Below are positions 56,912-64,000 of a DNA stretch of 64,000 nucleotides, one piece after another. A program made the translations under genes and the position numbers. Positions within the stretch are counted from its first letter, which is position 1, and every line of letters begins with the position of its first letter. The notes beneath the pieces are model-generated. The model ran no database searches, was not told the DNA's origin, and saw only the letters and a program-made list of their open reading frames with translations. The stretch is from positions 12,240-76,239 of IMG/VR virus record IMGVR_UViG_3300020463_000014. One strand, given 5' to 3'. The stretch is from a virus (lineage: Duplodnaviria; Caudoviricetes).

Positions 56912-59389
56912 ATGGCGACTATAGAACAATTAACTAAACAGCTTATTGATGTAAATAAGGATCAAGTTGTAGTCAATGAAGAAAATGTTGATGCAATTGA
57001 TAACCTTACAAAATCAGTTAATAAACTTCTTAGGTTCCATGAAAAAGCTGCTCGAATGACTGGAAGACAATTAGAAGCAGAAAGAGAAGGACCACGAAGA
57101 GGTGTTCGTGGTGCTGGTGCACCAGCTACAAGTAGTTCATCAAGTAGTTCTGGCATGTCACCTATAATTCCTCCAATGGGATCATTTGCTATTCCAGCTC
57201 TTATCGCTCTTGGAGCATCTTTAACAGGACTTGACGCAGTAATAAGAGCTCTTGCTCTTCCAAAAACGTTTAGTCTTTTTGGAAAAACTATTACTACATT
57301 TAAAAATACCATAACTGGTATTGGCACCACAATGTCGACATTTGCTGACAGTGTCAAAAATTTTAAAATCAAACTGCCAGATTTACCAAAAATACGATTT
57401 GTAGATCTTGCGGGCGAGCCATATGATTTTAGTAAATGGACTAAAAAAATACCAACAGTTGATGTCACAGCAATAAGATCTAACGTTGTAACATTCTTTG
57501 ATGATATTGCAACTAAAATTAAAACATTCGTAACAGTTGATGTGACAGCAATAAGATCTAACGTTGTAACATTCTTTGATGATATTGCAACTAAAATTAA
57601 TACAGATCTTGTAGATAAAATGGATGATTTTAATGTTGGTATGAGTTCTATTAAAACTAGAGTAAACCTATTTCTTGGTGGCATATATTTAGAATTTGAT
57701 AAAGCATGGGCTGGCGCATCAGACGAATTTATTAAACATATGACAAACATTAAAACTAGAAGCCTAAGTTTTTTTACAGACATAATAGCTAAATTAAAAT
57801 TATTACTTCCCGGAGCCGGAACTGAAGGATTTAAAACTATTACTGATAAAATTACAAGCATTAAAACTGGTGTTGGTGGATTTTTTGATAGCGCAAAAGA
57901 AATGGTAACGCAAAAGTTAACATTACCTGACGCTTTTACAAATAGAATTACAGCCATTAAAACTGGTGTTGGTGGATTTTTTGATAGCACTAAGACATTT
58001 GTAGGAGATAATCTAAAATTTGATATGGGTAGTAAAATTACAAGCATTAAAACATCTGTTGGTACATTTTTTGATAACATTCCACGTATTCAATTTGAAA
58101 TGCCAGCAGGCGCAGATAAAATAGGTGAAAAATTAAGAAGTGTAATAGGAACATTAAGTGCAGGAGCAGGTGGAGCAGAAGCTGGAACTGGTATACTAGG
58201 ATTTTTAAATCGTGTATTCACATTTATGAGTCCTTTGCTTACGCCCTTTAAATTTGTATTAAGAACAGTAATGAGACCTCTTACTCAAATATTCATAACT
58301 TTAATAGATTTTGTAACAGGATTTTACGAAGGATTTACAAAATCTGATGAAGAAGGATTTCTTAAGAAATTAAAAGATGGTATTGAAGGCGGAGTAATTG
58401 GTGTCATTAAAGGATTTACAGACGCAATAAATGCTGTATTCGTCGAACTTCCAGCATGGCTACTTAAAAAATTAGGATTTACTGGTGTTGCTGAAAAATT
58501 AAAAGAATTTAATTTAACAGCTCTTGTTGATCCGGCATGGGAAGCAGTTAAAGACTTCTTTACTACAACAATTCCAGATAAGATGGAAGAATGGAAAAAA
58601 GCATATGCTGATTTTGATCCAATGGAATTTATTACTGAAAAATTTGAAATGGTTAAATGTTTCTTTACTGATACTATTCCAAATGAAATTGCTAAATTTA
58701 ATCCGCTTAAAGATTTTGATCTAATAGGGTCACTTACAACCTCAATATCTGGATTATTAGATTCAATTGTAAGTATTATTCCAAGTGGTGAAGCAATCAA
58801 GAAAATGATAATAAATGCTGCTAAGCTAATTCCAAGTGGTGAAAAAATATTAAAACTAGCAGGATTAATACCAGATCCTGAAGCAGAAGCGAGAGCTGCG
58901 TTAACTGATCCAATGAAATTGCCAGCTGAACTTACTGGTGGGCCTATGGATGGGACTGTACGTACTTATAGAGCCGTAGGGGCGGAGGGCAAACAAAATC
59001 TTACTTTAGGCCAATTAGAAGATAGAGCAACCGATCGAAAAAATAAAGAATTGGCTAAAAAAATTGCTCTACGAAATGAAACATTGGCTAAAACAATGGG
59101 TATATCTGTAGAGGCTCTAGCTGAAGCTAGAGACGGAGGACCTAATCCTGATCTTGTTCGAAGACTTGCAAAAGAGTTAAATCCAGTGGTAGGCAAACGT
59201 GAAGATGAGATTGTACAAGAGCGCAGACATCAAGAAAATCAGGCAAACTTACGAGCATTAAGAGAAGCTCTCATGATGAGGGACGCAGTGCGAGAAGGAT
59301 CAGCGTATACCACAAATAATTATGTTGCTGCATCTCAAGGTTCAACTGATACTGAATTAAGTTGGGTAGAGCGATTTTTCCTGAAATGA
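56912..59389 (+). CDS. Tape-measure/hub-like helical protein
   Basis: 825 aa, amphipathic helical, with periodic IKT.V..FFD repeats; directly follows gp26/gp51. Confidence 0.55.
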   Translation: MATIEQLTKQLIDVNKDQVVVNEENVDAIDNLTKSVNKLLRFHEKAARMTGRQLEAEREGPRRGVRGAGAPATSSSSSSSGMSPIIPPMGSFAIPALIALGASLTGLDAVIRALALPKTFSLFGKTITTFKNTITGIGTTMSTFADSVKNFKIKLPDLPKIRFVDLAGEPYDFSKWTKKIPTVDVTAIRSNVVTFFDDIATKIKTFVTVDVTAIRSNVVTFFDDIATKINTDLVDKMDDFNVGMSSIKTRVNLFLGGIYLEFDKAWAGASDEFIKHMTNIKTRSLSFFTDIIAKLKLLLPGAGTEGFKTITDKITSIKTGVGGFFDSAKEMVTQKLTLPDAFTNRITAIKTGVGGFFDSTKTFVGDNLKFDMGSKITSIKTSVGTFFDNIPRIQFEMPAGADKIGEKLRSVIGTLSAGAGGAEAGTGILGFLNRVFTFMSPLLTPFKFVLRTVMRPLTQIFITLIDFVTGFYEGFTKSDEEGFLKKLKDGIEGGVIGVIKGFTDAINAVFVELPAWLLKKLGFTGVAEKLKEFNLTALVDPAWEAVKDFFTTTIPDKMEEWKKAYADFDPMEFITEKFEMVKCFFTDTIPNEIAKFNPLKDFDLIGSLTTSISGLLDSIVSIIPSGEAIKKMIINAAKLIPSGEKILKLAGLIPDPEAEARAALTDPMKLPAELTGGPMDGTVRTYRAVGAEGKQNLTLGQLEDRATDRKNKELAKKIALRNETLAKTMGISVEALAEARDGGPNPDLVRRLAKELNPVVGKREDEIVQERRHQENQANLRALREALMMRDAVREGSAYTTNNYVAASQGSTDTELSWVERFFLK
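57454..57600 (+). repeat. Near-exact tandem duplication, 78-nt period (TVDVTAIRSNVVTFFDDIATKI twice)
   Basis: Two near-identical blocks of about 69 nt starting at 57454 and 57532. Confidence 0.9.
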
Positions 59390-59397
59390 CCTAAATG

Positions 59398-59435
59398 AAA
59401 AAATTAAAAAAATGCCGACAATTAAGCCGGCATTT
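59398..59435 (-). terminator. Rho-independent terminator downstream of gp32
   Basis: Minus strand AAATGCCGGC-TTAATT-GTCGGCATTT followed by T runs, at a convergence point. Confidence 0.75.
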
Positions 59436-59454
59436 CTCAGTTATATAGTTATAT

Positions 59455-60351
59455 TTAATCGTTAACTAAATTAGCAAAATGCGACATGATATCGTCCTCA
59501 TCATCTGAACTAGCTACAGCACTCATTGCAGGTTCAGGAGCTGATTTAATAGGTGGCGCTACTTTTTCTTCTCCAAGGCTACGCTCTTGGGCCACAGTGG
59601 GAGCTCCAGCAACTGCTGATTCTCCAAGCACACTCATCAATTTAGTTTTTAGCTCTGTATAAGACTTATACTTAGTAGGGTCAGTATACTCAGCCAAATC
59701 GTGCATTGAATTGTAAATACCTTCAAGTTTTGCATCATCATCAGAAAGTACTTCTTGAGAAGCAAATTCTGATTTATCGTAGTTGCGATAACCTTCAACA
59801 TCCCGAATTTTTAGTTTGAAGTTAGCACCAGTCCAAAAATCAAATGGATTGATTGGTTCTTCATCTGCAAATTCTGGTTGCATTGCATCCATTAGTTTAT
59901 CAAAGATTTTCTTACCATATTGATAGAGAAATACCTTACCTTCATTAGCAGGGTTGCCTGGATCAGATACGATAAGAACGTTTGATACATAATGCAAACG
60001 ACGTTTTTGGTTACGAGCGATTGTCTTATCAGACTCAACACCACTATTCCAAAGACGGCTATTGACTTCACCAACTGGATCATCTTGTCCAATAGATGTA
60101 AGTGATCGTTCAATGTACCATTTACCAGTTGGGCCTTTAAAGCCATGATCCCAATAACGAACCCATGGCAACTCAGAACCTTCTGTAGCTGGGAGAAAGC
60201 GAAGAACAGCATAACCATTATTCTGTTTATCGACTGTAGGTTTCCAAATACGATCATCTGTGTATTTGTTTGTAGAACCGCCAGCAGATTCTGCTGCTGC
60301 TACAAGTTTATCAATTTGACCACGGTTCCGTTTTAGATTTGCAAAAGACAT
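59455..60351 (-). CDS. gp32: Single-stranded DNA-binding protein gp32
   Basis: DDRIWKP..DK..NGYAVLRFLP...W...HGF.GP.G.WYIE, GKKIFDK, GANFKLKIR.V.GY.NYDKSEF and an acidic tail. Confidence 0.97.
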   Translation of the reverse strand: MSFANLKRNRGQIDKLVAAAESAGGSTNKYTDDRIWKPTVDKQNNGYAVLRFLPATEGSELPWVRYWDHGFKGPTGKWYIERSLTSIGQDDPVGEVNSRLWNSGVESDKTIARNQKRRLHYVSNVLIVSDPGNPANEGKVFLYQYGKKIFDKLMDAMQPEFADEEPINPFDFWTGANFKLKIRDVEGYRNYDKSEFASQEVLSDDDAKLEGIYNSMHDLAEYTDPTKYKSYTELKTKLMSVLGESAVAGAPTVAQERSLGEEKVAPPIKSAPEPAMSAVASSDDEDDIMSHFANLVND

Positions 60352-60431
60352 ATTATATTCCTTATATTTGCTGAATTATGTTTTGTATTAACTGAATTAT
60401 TATACCACATTTTTGACATGAAGTATACCTT

Positions 60432-60439
60432 TATTTATA
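60432..60439 (-). promoter_or_regulatory. Late promoter TATAAATA upstream of gp32, plus an extended -10 TGGTATAAT at 60399-60407
   Basis: Both motifs read directly on the minus strand in the gp32 upstream region. Confidence 0.65.
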
Positions 60440-60634
60440 TTATTTTCTGACAAAAATAACTGTCTCTTTACCAGTGTCAGGATTGATTGATGGAATTGCA
60501 ACATGACCTTCAGGAACAGATTGAGTTCCAACATATTGCCATGTATTTCCAGCTGCTTTGTTTGCTGCTCCGACAGCAAAAAACTCTTCATTATCATTCA
60601 AAAAGAGCATTGTAATCATAATTAGTTCAAACAT
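60440..60634 (-). CDS. Small hypothetical protein with a hydrophobic N-terminus
   Basis: MFELIMITMLF... start with an AAGGA RBS, preferred over the track start at 60679. Confidence 0.6.
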   Translation of the reverse strand: MFELIMITMLFLNDNEEFFAVGAANKAAGNTWQYVGTQSVPEGHVAIPSINPDTGKETVIFVRK

Positions 60635-60758
60635 TCTTGTTTTCCTTTGTGTGTTTATATAGTTGATAATAGTAGTCAAAAGTTACTGGATAGTTGTCTG
60701 GATCGGGCATTACTCCTTTAAACATTTTAATAAATTCATTTATTTCTTCATTGCTCAT
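60627..60758 (-). CDS. Small hypothetical protein (43 aa)
   Basis: Hand translation MSNEEINEFIKMFKGVMPDPDNYPVTFDYYYQLYKHTKENKNV; overlaps its neighbours in operon fashion. Confidence 0.55.
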   Translation of the reverse strand: MSNEEINEFIKMFKGVMPDPDNYPVTFDYYYQLYKHTKENKNV

Positions 60759-60912
60759 GATTACACCTAAAAGCACAATACCATTCCCAAAAATAATAAG
60801 CATTTATAAGCATTGCTACTACGATTATAGGGTTACTAGAAAGATTAATTGCGATATACGAAAGTATATCTGCAAATATGTATATTACTACATAATCCCA
60901 CCATCTTATCAT
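60748..60912 (-). CDS. Small membrane protein (54 aa)
   Basis: ATGA-coupled to gp33; MIRWWDYVVIYIFADILSYIAINLSSNPIIVVAMLINAYYFWEWY... Confidence 0.55.
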   Translation of the reverse strand: MIRWWDYVVIYIFADILSYIAINLSSNPIIVVAMLINAYYFWEWYCAFRCNHEQ

Positions 60913-61148
60913 TCGAATAGCAATTCATTTTGTTTTGGTAAAAAATTAAGACTCATTGCTTCAGCTTCAATTTTTTCTCGAATCACATTTGATATAAACT
61001 TTTTTACATCTTGCGGATCAATATTGGTGATCTCACATGTCTCAATAACAGCATCCATATATGATAATTTTTTATCAATGACTTGCTCTTCAATTAACTT
61101 ACCAAACTTGGCTCTGTTCATAAACTTAACTTCTTCTTGCATAATCAT
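60909..61148 (-). CDS. gp33: Late transcription co-activator gp33
   Basis: F...IE..V....SYMDAV...CE...ID...V.K.IS...REKIEAEA..LNFLP. Confidence 0.88.
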   Translation of the reverse strand: MIMQEEVKFMNRAKFGKLIEEQVIDKKLSYMDAVIETCEITNIDPQDVKKFISNVIREKIEAEAMSLNFLPKQNELLFE

Positions 61149-61153
61149 CCTTC

Positions 61154-62296
61154 CTATTTAGCCATAACTCTAACAAGGATAGTATCCTTATTGATGCGAC
61201 CATTTACTTTATCTTTAGTTTTAGTCGTGAGCTCAGACCATTCTTTTCTAATTTGATTTGCTGATTTTGTCAAAACCGCTTTTATAAAATCATCCGGTTT
61301 GCGAAGTTTAGTACTACGTGAAAGATCAGCATCAAGGCCTAAAATAGTAGTACCCTTTACTTCAAAACCAATAGATTTTTGGCATACATATTCTGTTAGC
61401 TCTTTGTATTTTACATTAAAGGTATATAAACGCATTGCACCAATTATAGAAGTTGGATGGATTGAAGTGAGTTTATACTCTTTTGACTCTTTTGCATAAT
61501 TAAGTTTTTCGACTTGCTTATCTGCAGTTTTAACTTTTGGCTTACGAGTAGTACGCAATGCCTTTTTTGACGCTATGAATTTATCAGTATCGTTTACAAG
61601 TTGATTAAGAAATTCAAGATATTTTTTACGTTCTGGAACAGAAAGATATGAAAATGCTTCAACCAAATCTTCGGTTTTATTTTCAACTAATTCTTTTGCT
61701 TCATTACGAATTGGTGTATAGTAATCCAAAACAGCTTTGGCTGTATTATTTGCAGCATCAACTTTTTTTAATTCATCATAGAGTGAATACTTCATGCATT
61801 CCTTATGATTTTTAGGATCATATTGATCAAGAACATGTTCAACTTGGCCAATAAATTCTGATGTTTTTTCTTTTAAAATTTCTTGTATAGTTTTTCTTTG
61901 AGGCGATGGATCATCAGCAAGGTCAGCTTTTCTAGCAATGTTTTTCTTTCCACGGCCAAGAATTTCTTTCATATGGCGATTTAAACATTCTTCGGCTTTC
62001 CACCATATTGGAAATTCTTTATCCATTTCTTTCCAAGCAATAGTAGCAGCTACAAAAGGTAAACCAGTAAAAGCCCATTCAGGTGCTTCAAGAGCAATCT
62101 TAGCCTGATCCTTTGGCATAGTTGTTTTAATATAAGACTTAATCTTTGATGCAATATCTTTTTTATCAAGATCAGTACGGCAATAATCGTTAAATTCACG
62201 AAAGTTTCCCATTGGCCCAGCAGTAAATCCAGTTGACTTGCGTCTAGAAAATGTTTGCTTGACTTTAGCTTTCTTTGTAAGCTTACGAGTTACCAT
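61154..62296 (-). CDS. Conserved T4-like hypothetical protein
   Basis: 380 aa. C-terminal IIGA..LYTFN.K...GFEVKGTT...KLRKP...NGRIN.DT recalled from other T4-like phages. Confidence 0.75.
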   Translation of the reverse strand: MVTRKLTKKAKVKQTFSRRKSTGFTAGPMGNFREFNDYCRTDLDKKDIASKIKSYIKTTMPKDQAKIALEAPEWAFTGLPFVAATIAWKEMDKEFPIWWKAEECLNRHMKEILGRGKKNIARKADLADDPSPQRKTIQEILKEKTSEFIGQVEHVLDQYDPKNHKECMKYSLYDELKKVDAANNTAKAVLDYYTPIRNEAKELVENKTEDLVEAFSYLSVPERKKYLEFLNQLVNDTDKFIASKKALRTTRKPKVKTADKQVEKLNYAKESKEYKLTSIHPTSIIGAMRLYTFNVKYKELTEYVCQKSIGFEVKGTTILGLDADLSRSTKLRKPDDFIKAVLTKSANQIRKEWSELTTKTKDKVNGRINKDTILVRVMAK

Positions 62297-62489
62297 TATT
62301 AAAGTCCTCTATTTTGATTAAATCATAATCTCCATCATCCATTTCTTCGTAATGAATATAGCCATCATGACATAGTTTAGTGATTACAAGATCAATTATG
62401 CCTTCAACGTTTTCTTCTTTTGCGCTTCTACGACCAATAATATAAGAAGTAATAATAATCCCACTTACAAGTAAACTAAGTTCAAGCAT
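62283..62489 (-). CDS. Small protein with an N-terminal transmembrane segment
   Basis: 68 aa, GGAG RBS, directly downstream of an early promoter. Confidence 0.7.
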   Translation of the reverse strand: MLELSLLVSGIIITSYIIGRRSAKEENVEGIIDLVITKLCHDGYIHYEEMDDGDYDLIKIEDFNNGNS

Positions 62490-62512
62490 AGTTGTCTCCT
62501 TAACATATGATT

Positions 62513-62541
62513 ATAGTAACACAAATAAGAGCTATTGTAAA
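62513..62541 (-). promoter_or_regulatory. Sigma70-like early promoter
   Basis: TTTACA-ATAGCTCTTATTTGTGT(17)-TACTAT, similar to the promoters at 20466 and 63578. Confidence 0.7.
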
Positions 62542-62567
62542 CCCTTAAATGCATTTTTTTTATTTTT

Positions 62568-62795
62568 TTATGATTTACCTGCAGTAACATATGAGCCTTC
62601 AGCCATATCATATGCTGCTACTAATTCTTTTAACATATATGGTGATATTACCACAATATTAAAATCATCGTCGTCAGTATATTGACGAATGTAGCAGAGT
62701 TCTTCATCAACAATAATTTCCACGTCGTCAGTTTTTCCATTATTATCTAAAATAGTAATAATACTATGATCATATTTATGTTCAACTGTAATCAT
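62568..62795 (-). CDS. Hypothetical protein
   Basis: 75 aa, acidic, ATGA-coupled to the upstream ORF. Confidence 0.7.
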   Translation of the reverse strand: MITVEHKYDHSIITILDNNGKTDDVEIIVDEELCYIRQYTDDDDFNIVVISPYMLKELVAAYDMAEGSYVTAGKS

Positions 62796-62911
62796 AATTT
62801 TCTAAGTAAACCTTTTAATTTAACAATTTCAGCATTAGTAAGAGTTGCGTAAGGGACTTTTAGAAGTCGATTTACTGCATTAATGATAAAGTCCCTATCA
62901 TCTTGTTTCAT
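62792..62911 (-). CDS. Small hypothetical protein (39 aa)
   Basis: Hand translation MKQDDRDFIINAVNRLLKVPYATLTNAEIVKLKGLLRKL, with ATGA overlaps at both ends. Confidence 0.55.
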   Translation of the reverse strand: MKQDDRDFIINAVNRLLKVPYATLTNAEIVKLKGLLRKL

Positions 62912-63195
62912 TTCTTGAAAGCCTTTCTTAAGCTTTTAAGGGCCTCTGAGATGATAGTCGGATATTTTCCGATATAACTGCCTGCTTCTAAAACATCCTT
63001 GCTTAGTAGGTGTTTATGATAGTGTTCAATATTGTCCCATTGCTTAAGAATATTTTTTGCTAATTTATCATAAAAATCATCAGATAATATTGGATCATCT
63101 TTTTCATAGTAAGCATACGATGCCATAAGGTAATATGGCACCGTCATATTTACATTATTACTAATTACTTTAGTAACGTGTTTATCTAAAATCAT
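62908..63195 (-). CDS. Stand-alone NAD-dependent DNA ligase domain-Ia-like protein
   Basis: YAYYEKDDPILSDDFYDKL resembles the LigA N-terminal YY..D.P..SD..YD motif. Confidence 0.65.
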   Translation of the reverse strand: MILDKHVTKVISNNVNMTVPYYLMASYAYYEKDDPILSDDFYDKLAKNILKQWDNIEHYHKHLLSKDVLEAGSYIGKYPTIISEALKSLRKAFKK

Positions 63196-63524
63196 CTGCG
63201 CATACTCGCCGCATCAACTGCTGCCTGTTTGTTATCTTTACGAATTGGCATAAGATTACTTTTGTGTGTTACAACAATCCCGGCAATCTCATTACCTGTA
63301 TATTTATTAGTTTCTTTTAGTGTACCATTATCAATACTATTTGATAATTGATCTCTTGAAACTTTAAATTTTGGCCGCTCATGACGATAGTCTTGTTTAG
63401 TACCTTTCACACCCATACGATCAAGAAAAGCCTGATGTTCAGCTTCTCTTTCTTTCCATCCAGGCTTCTTTTTAATTTTAGATTTTCCGTGTACTTGCAC
63501 GCCTCTAATCATATGCATAGACAT
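63192..63524 (-). CDS. Conserved T4-like hypothetical early protein
   Basis: C-terminal YTG...GI...HKSNLMPI...A.D.ASMRR. The start is probably the ATG after the AAGGAG RBS (MSMHM...), not the track start at 63542. Confidence 0.7.
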   Translation of the reverse strand: MSMHMIRGVQVHGKSKIKKKPGWKEREAEHQAFLDRMGVKGTKQDYRHERPKFKVSRDQLSNSIDNGTLKETNKYTGNEIAGIVVTHKSNLMPIRKDNKQAAVDAASMRR

Positions 63525-63549
63525 TGTATACTCCTTTATCATTAGATCT

Positions 63550-63578
63550 AATCTATCACACTTTTAAGCAATTGTAAA
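63550..63578 (-). promoter_or_regulatory. Sigma70-like early promoter
   Basis: TTTACA-ATTGCTTAAAAGTGTGA(17)-TAGATT followed by an AAGGAG RBS. Confidence 0.65.
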
Positions 63579-63591
63579 GGATTATTTTGAT

Positions 63592-63852
63592 TTATACATA
63601 TTTACATTCTTGTACACTATCAACACGAAAAGAACGCCAGCCTTCTGCCTTTGTATCCCAGCATGGAATGACTTCAGGATTTACAGCACGAACTTTCTTT
63701 TGAGTAATAGGTTCATCTTTTTCAGCAGATGGAATCATACCTTCTAGCAAAGTGCAAGTCATAACTCGCTTATCGCCATTTACTTTTGTAAAGGTTACCT
63801 CGCATACTCCTGATGTAAGCATATTCATATAGTTATCACGATCTTCAGTCAT
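63592..63852 (-). CDS. WYL_2/DUF2693-like SH3-barrel protein
   Basis: VTFTKVNGDKRVMTCTL...WD....GWRSFR; probable start MTEDRD at 63852. Confidence 0.75.
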   Translation of the reverse strand: MTEDRDNYMNMLTSGVCEVTFTKVNGDKRVMTCTLLEGMIPSAEKDEPITQKKVRAVNPEVIPCWDTKAEGWRSFRVDSVQECKYV

Positions 63853-64000
63853 TAATATTACCCTTTCCGGTAAATGCATCATTTTCTAAATGATACTTAT
63901 TGATAAGCTTTTTTAAAAACTTGTTTTCTTCTTCTAATTGAATAATATGTTCAGCCGCTTTCCAAGCATAATGCTCAGTACATCTGGACTTCCATTCTTC
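63845..64000 (-). CDS. Partial hypothetical protein entering from the right edge
   Basis: Open frame EEWKSRCTEHYAWKAAEHIIQLEEENKFLKK...*. Confidence 0.45.
   Translation of the reverse strand, partial: EEWKSRCTEHYAWKAAEHIIQLEEENKFLKKLINKYHLENDAFTGKGNIND

Noticed and set aside
56962-58080. 372-aa antisense ORF (also 58324-58800 and 58966-59196)
   Set aside because: Shadow of the codon-biased, repetitive + strand gene; no RBS or promoter and no protein-like motifs.
60694-61161. 155-aa + strand ORF
   Set aside because: Antisense to gp33 and to two small coupled minus-strand ORFs that fit the operon.
1-64000. tRNA, rRNA, introns or integrase
   Set aside because: None recognised. Intergenic gaps are short and explained by promoters and terminators; a covariance-model scan was not possible.

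Overview
An AT-rich 64 kb segment of a large T4-like myovirus, probably aquatic; the host cannot be determined from this window. Most of it is the late tail/baseplate module: gp6, gp7, gp8, gp25, a gp5 split across three genes, gp53, gp48, gp4, gp2, a gp54/gp19-like protein, gp26, gp51, a tape-measure-like gene and a VrlC/DUF4815-like protein. It also holds several fibre/adhesin genes, including a 4508-aa giant and a >1568-aa ORF missing from the ORF track. gp32, gp33 and small early genes lie at the right end. T4 late promoters (TATAAATA) and a family of sigma70-like early promoters are visible. The stand-out feature is a tightly coupled 13-gene cluster at 21317-32042, set among the fibre genes. 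It encodes four radical SAM enzymes with SPASM/twitch-type Cys tails, one radical SAM resembling the cobalamin-dependent class, three 2OG-Fe(II) oxygenases, a JmjC/cupin and three unknown proteins. These surround a 187-aa virion-like protein that has its own late promoter and ends in CHAS-CHSS-CHGS-RGRR. I infer a phage-encoded, RiPP-like post-translational modification system acting on a virion protein. Other notable signals are apparent Asp-Ser enrichment in a subset of virion proteins and a probable -1 programmed frameshift fusing gp26 and gp51. All family assignments come from motif recognition by eye; no database searches were run.
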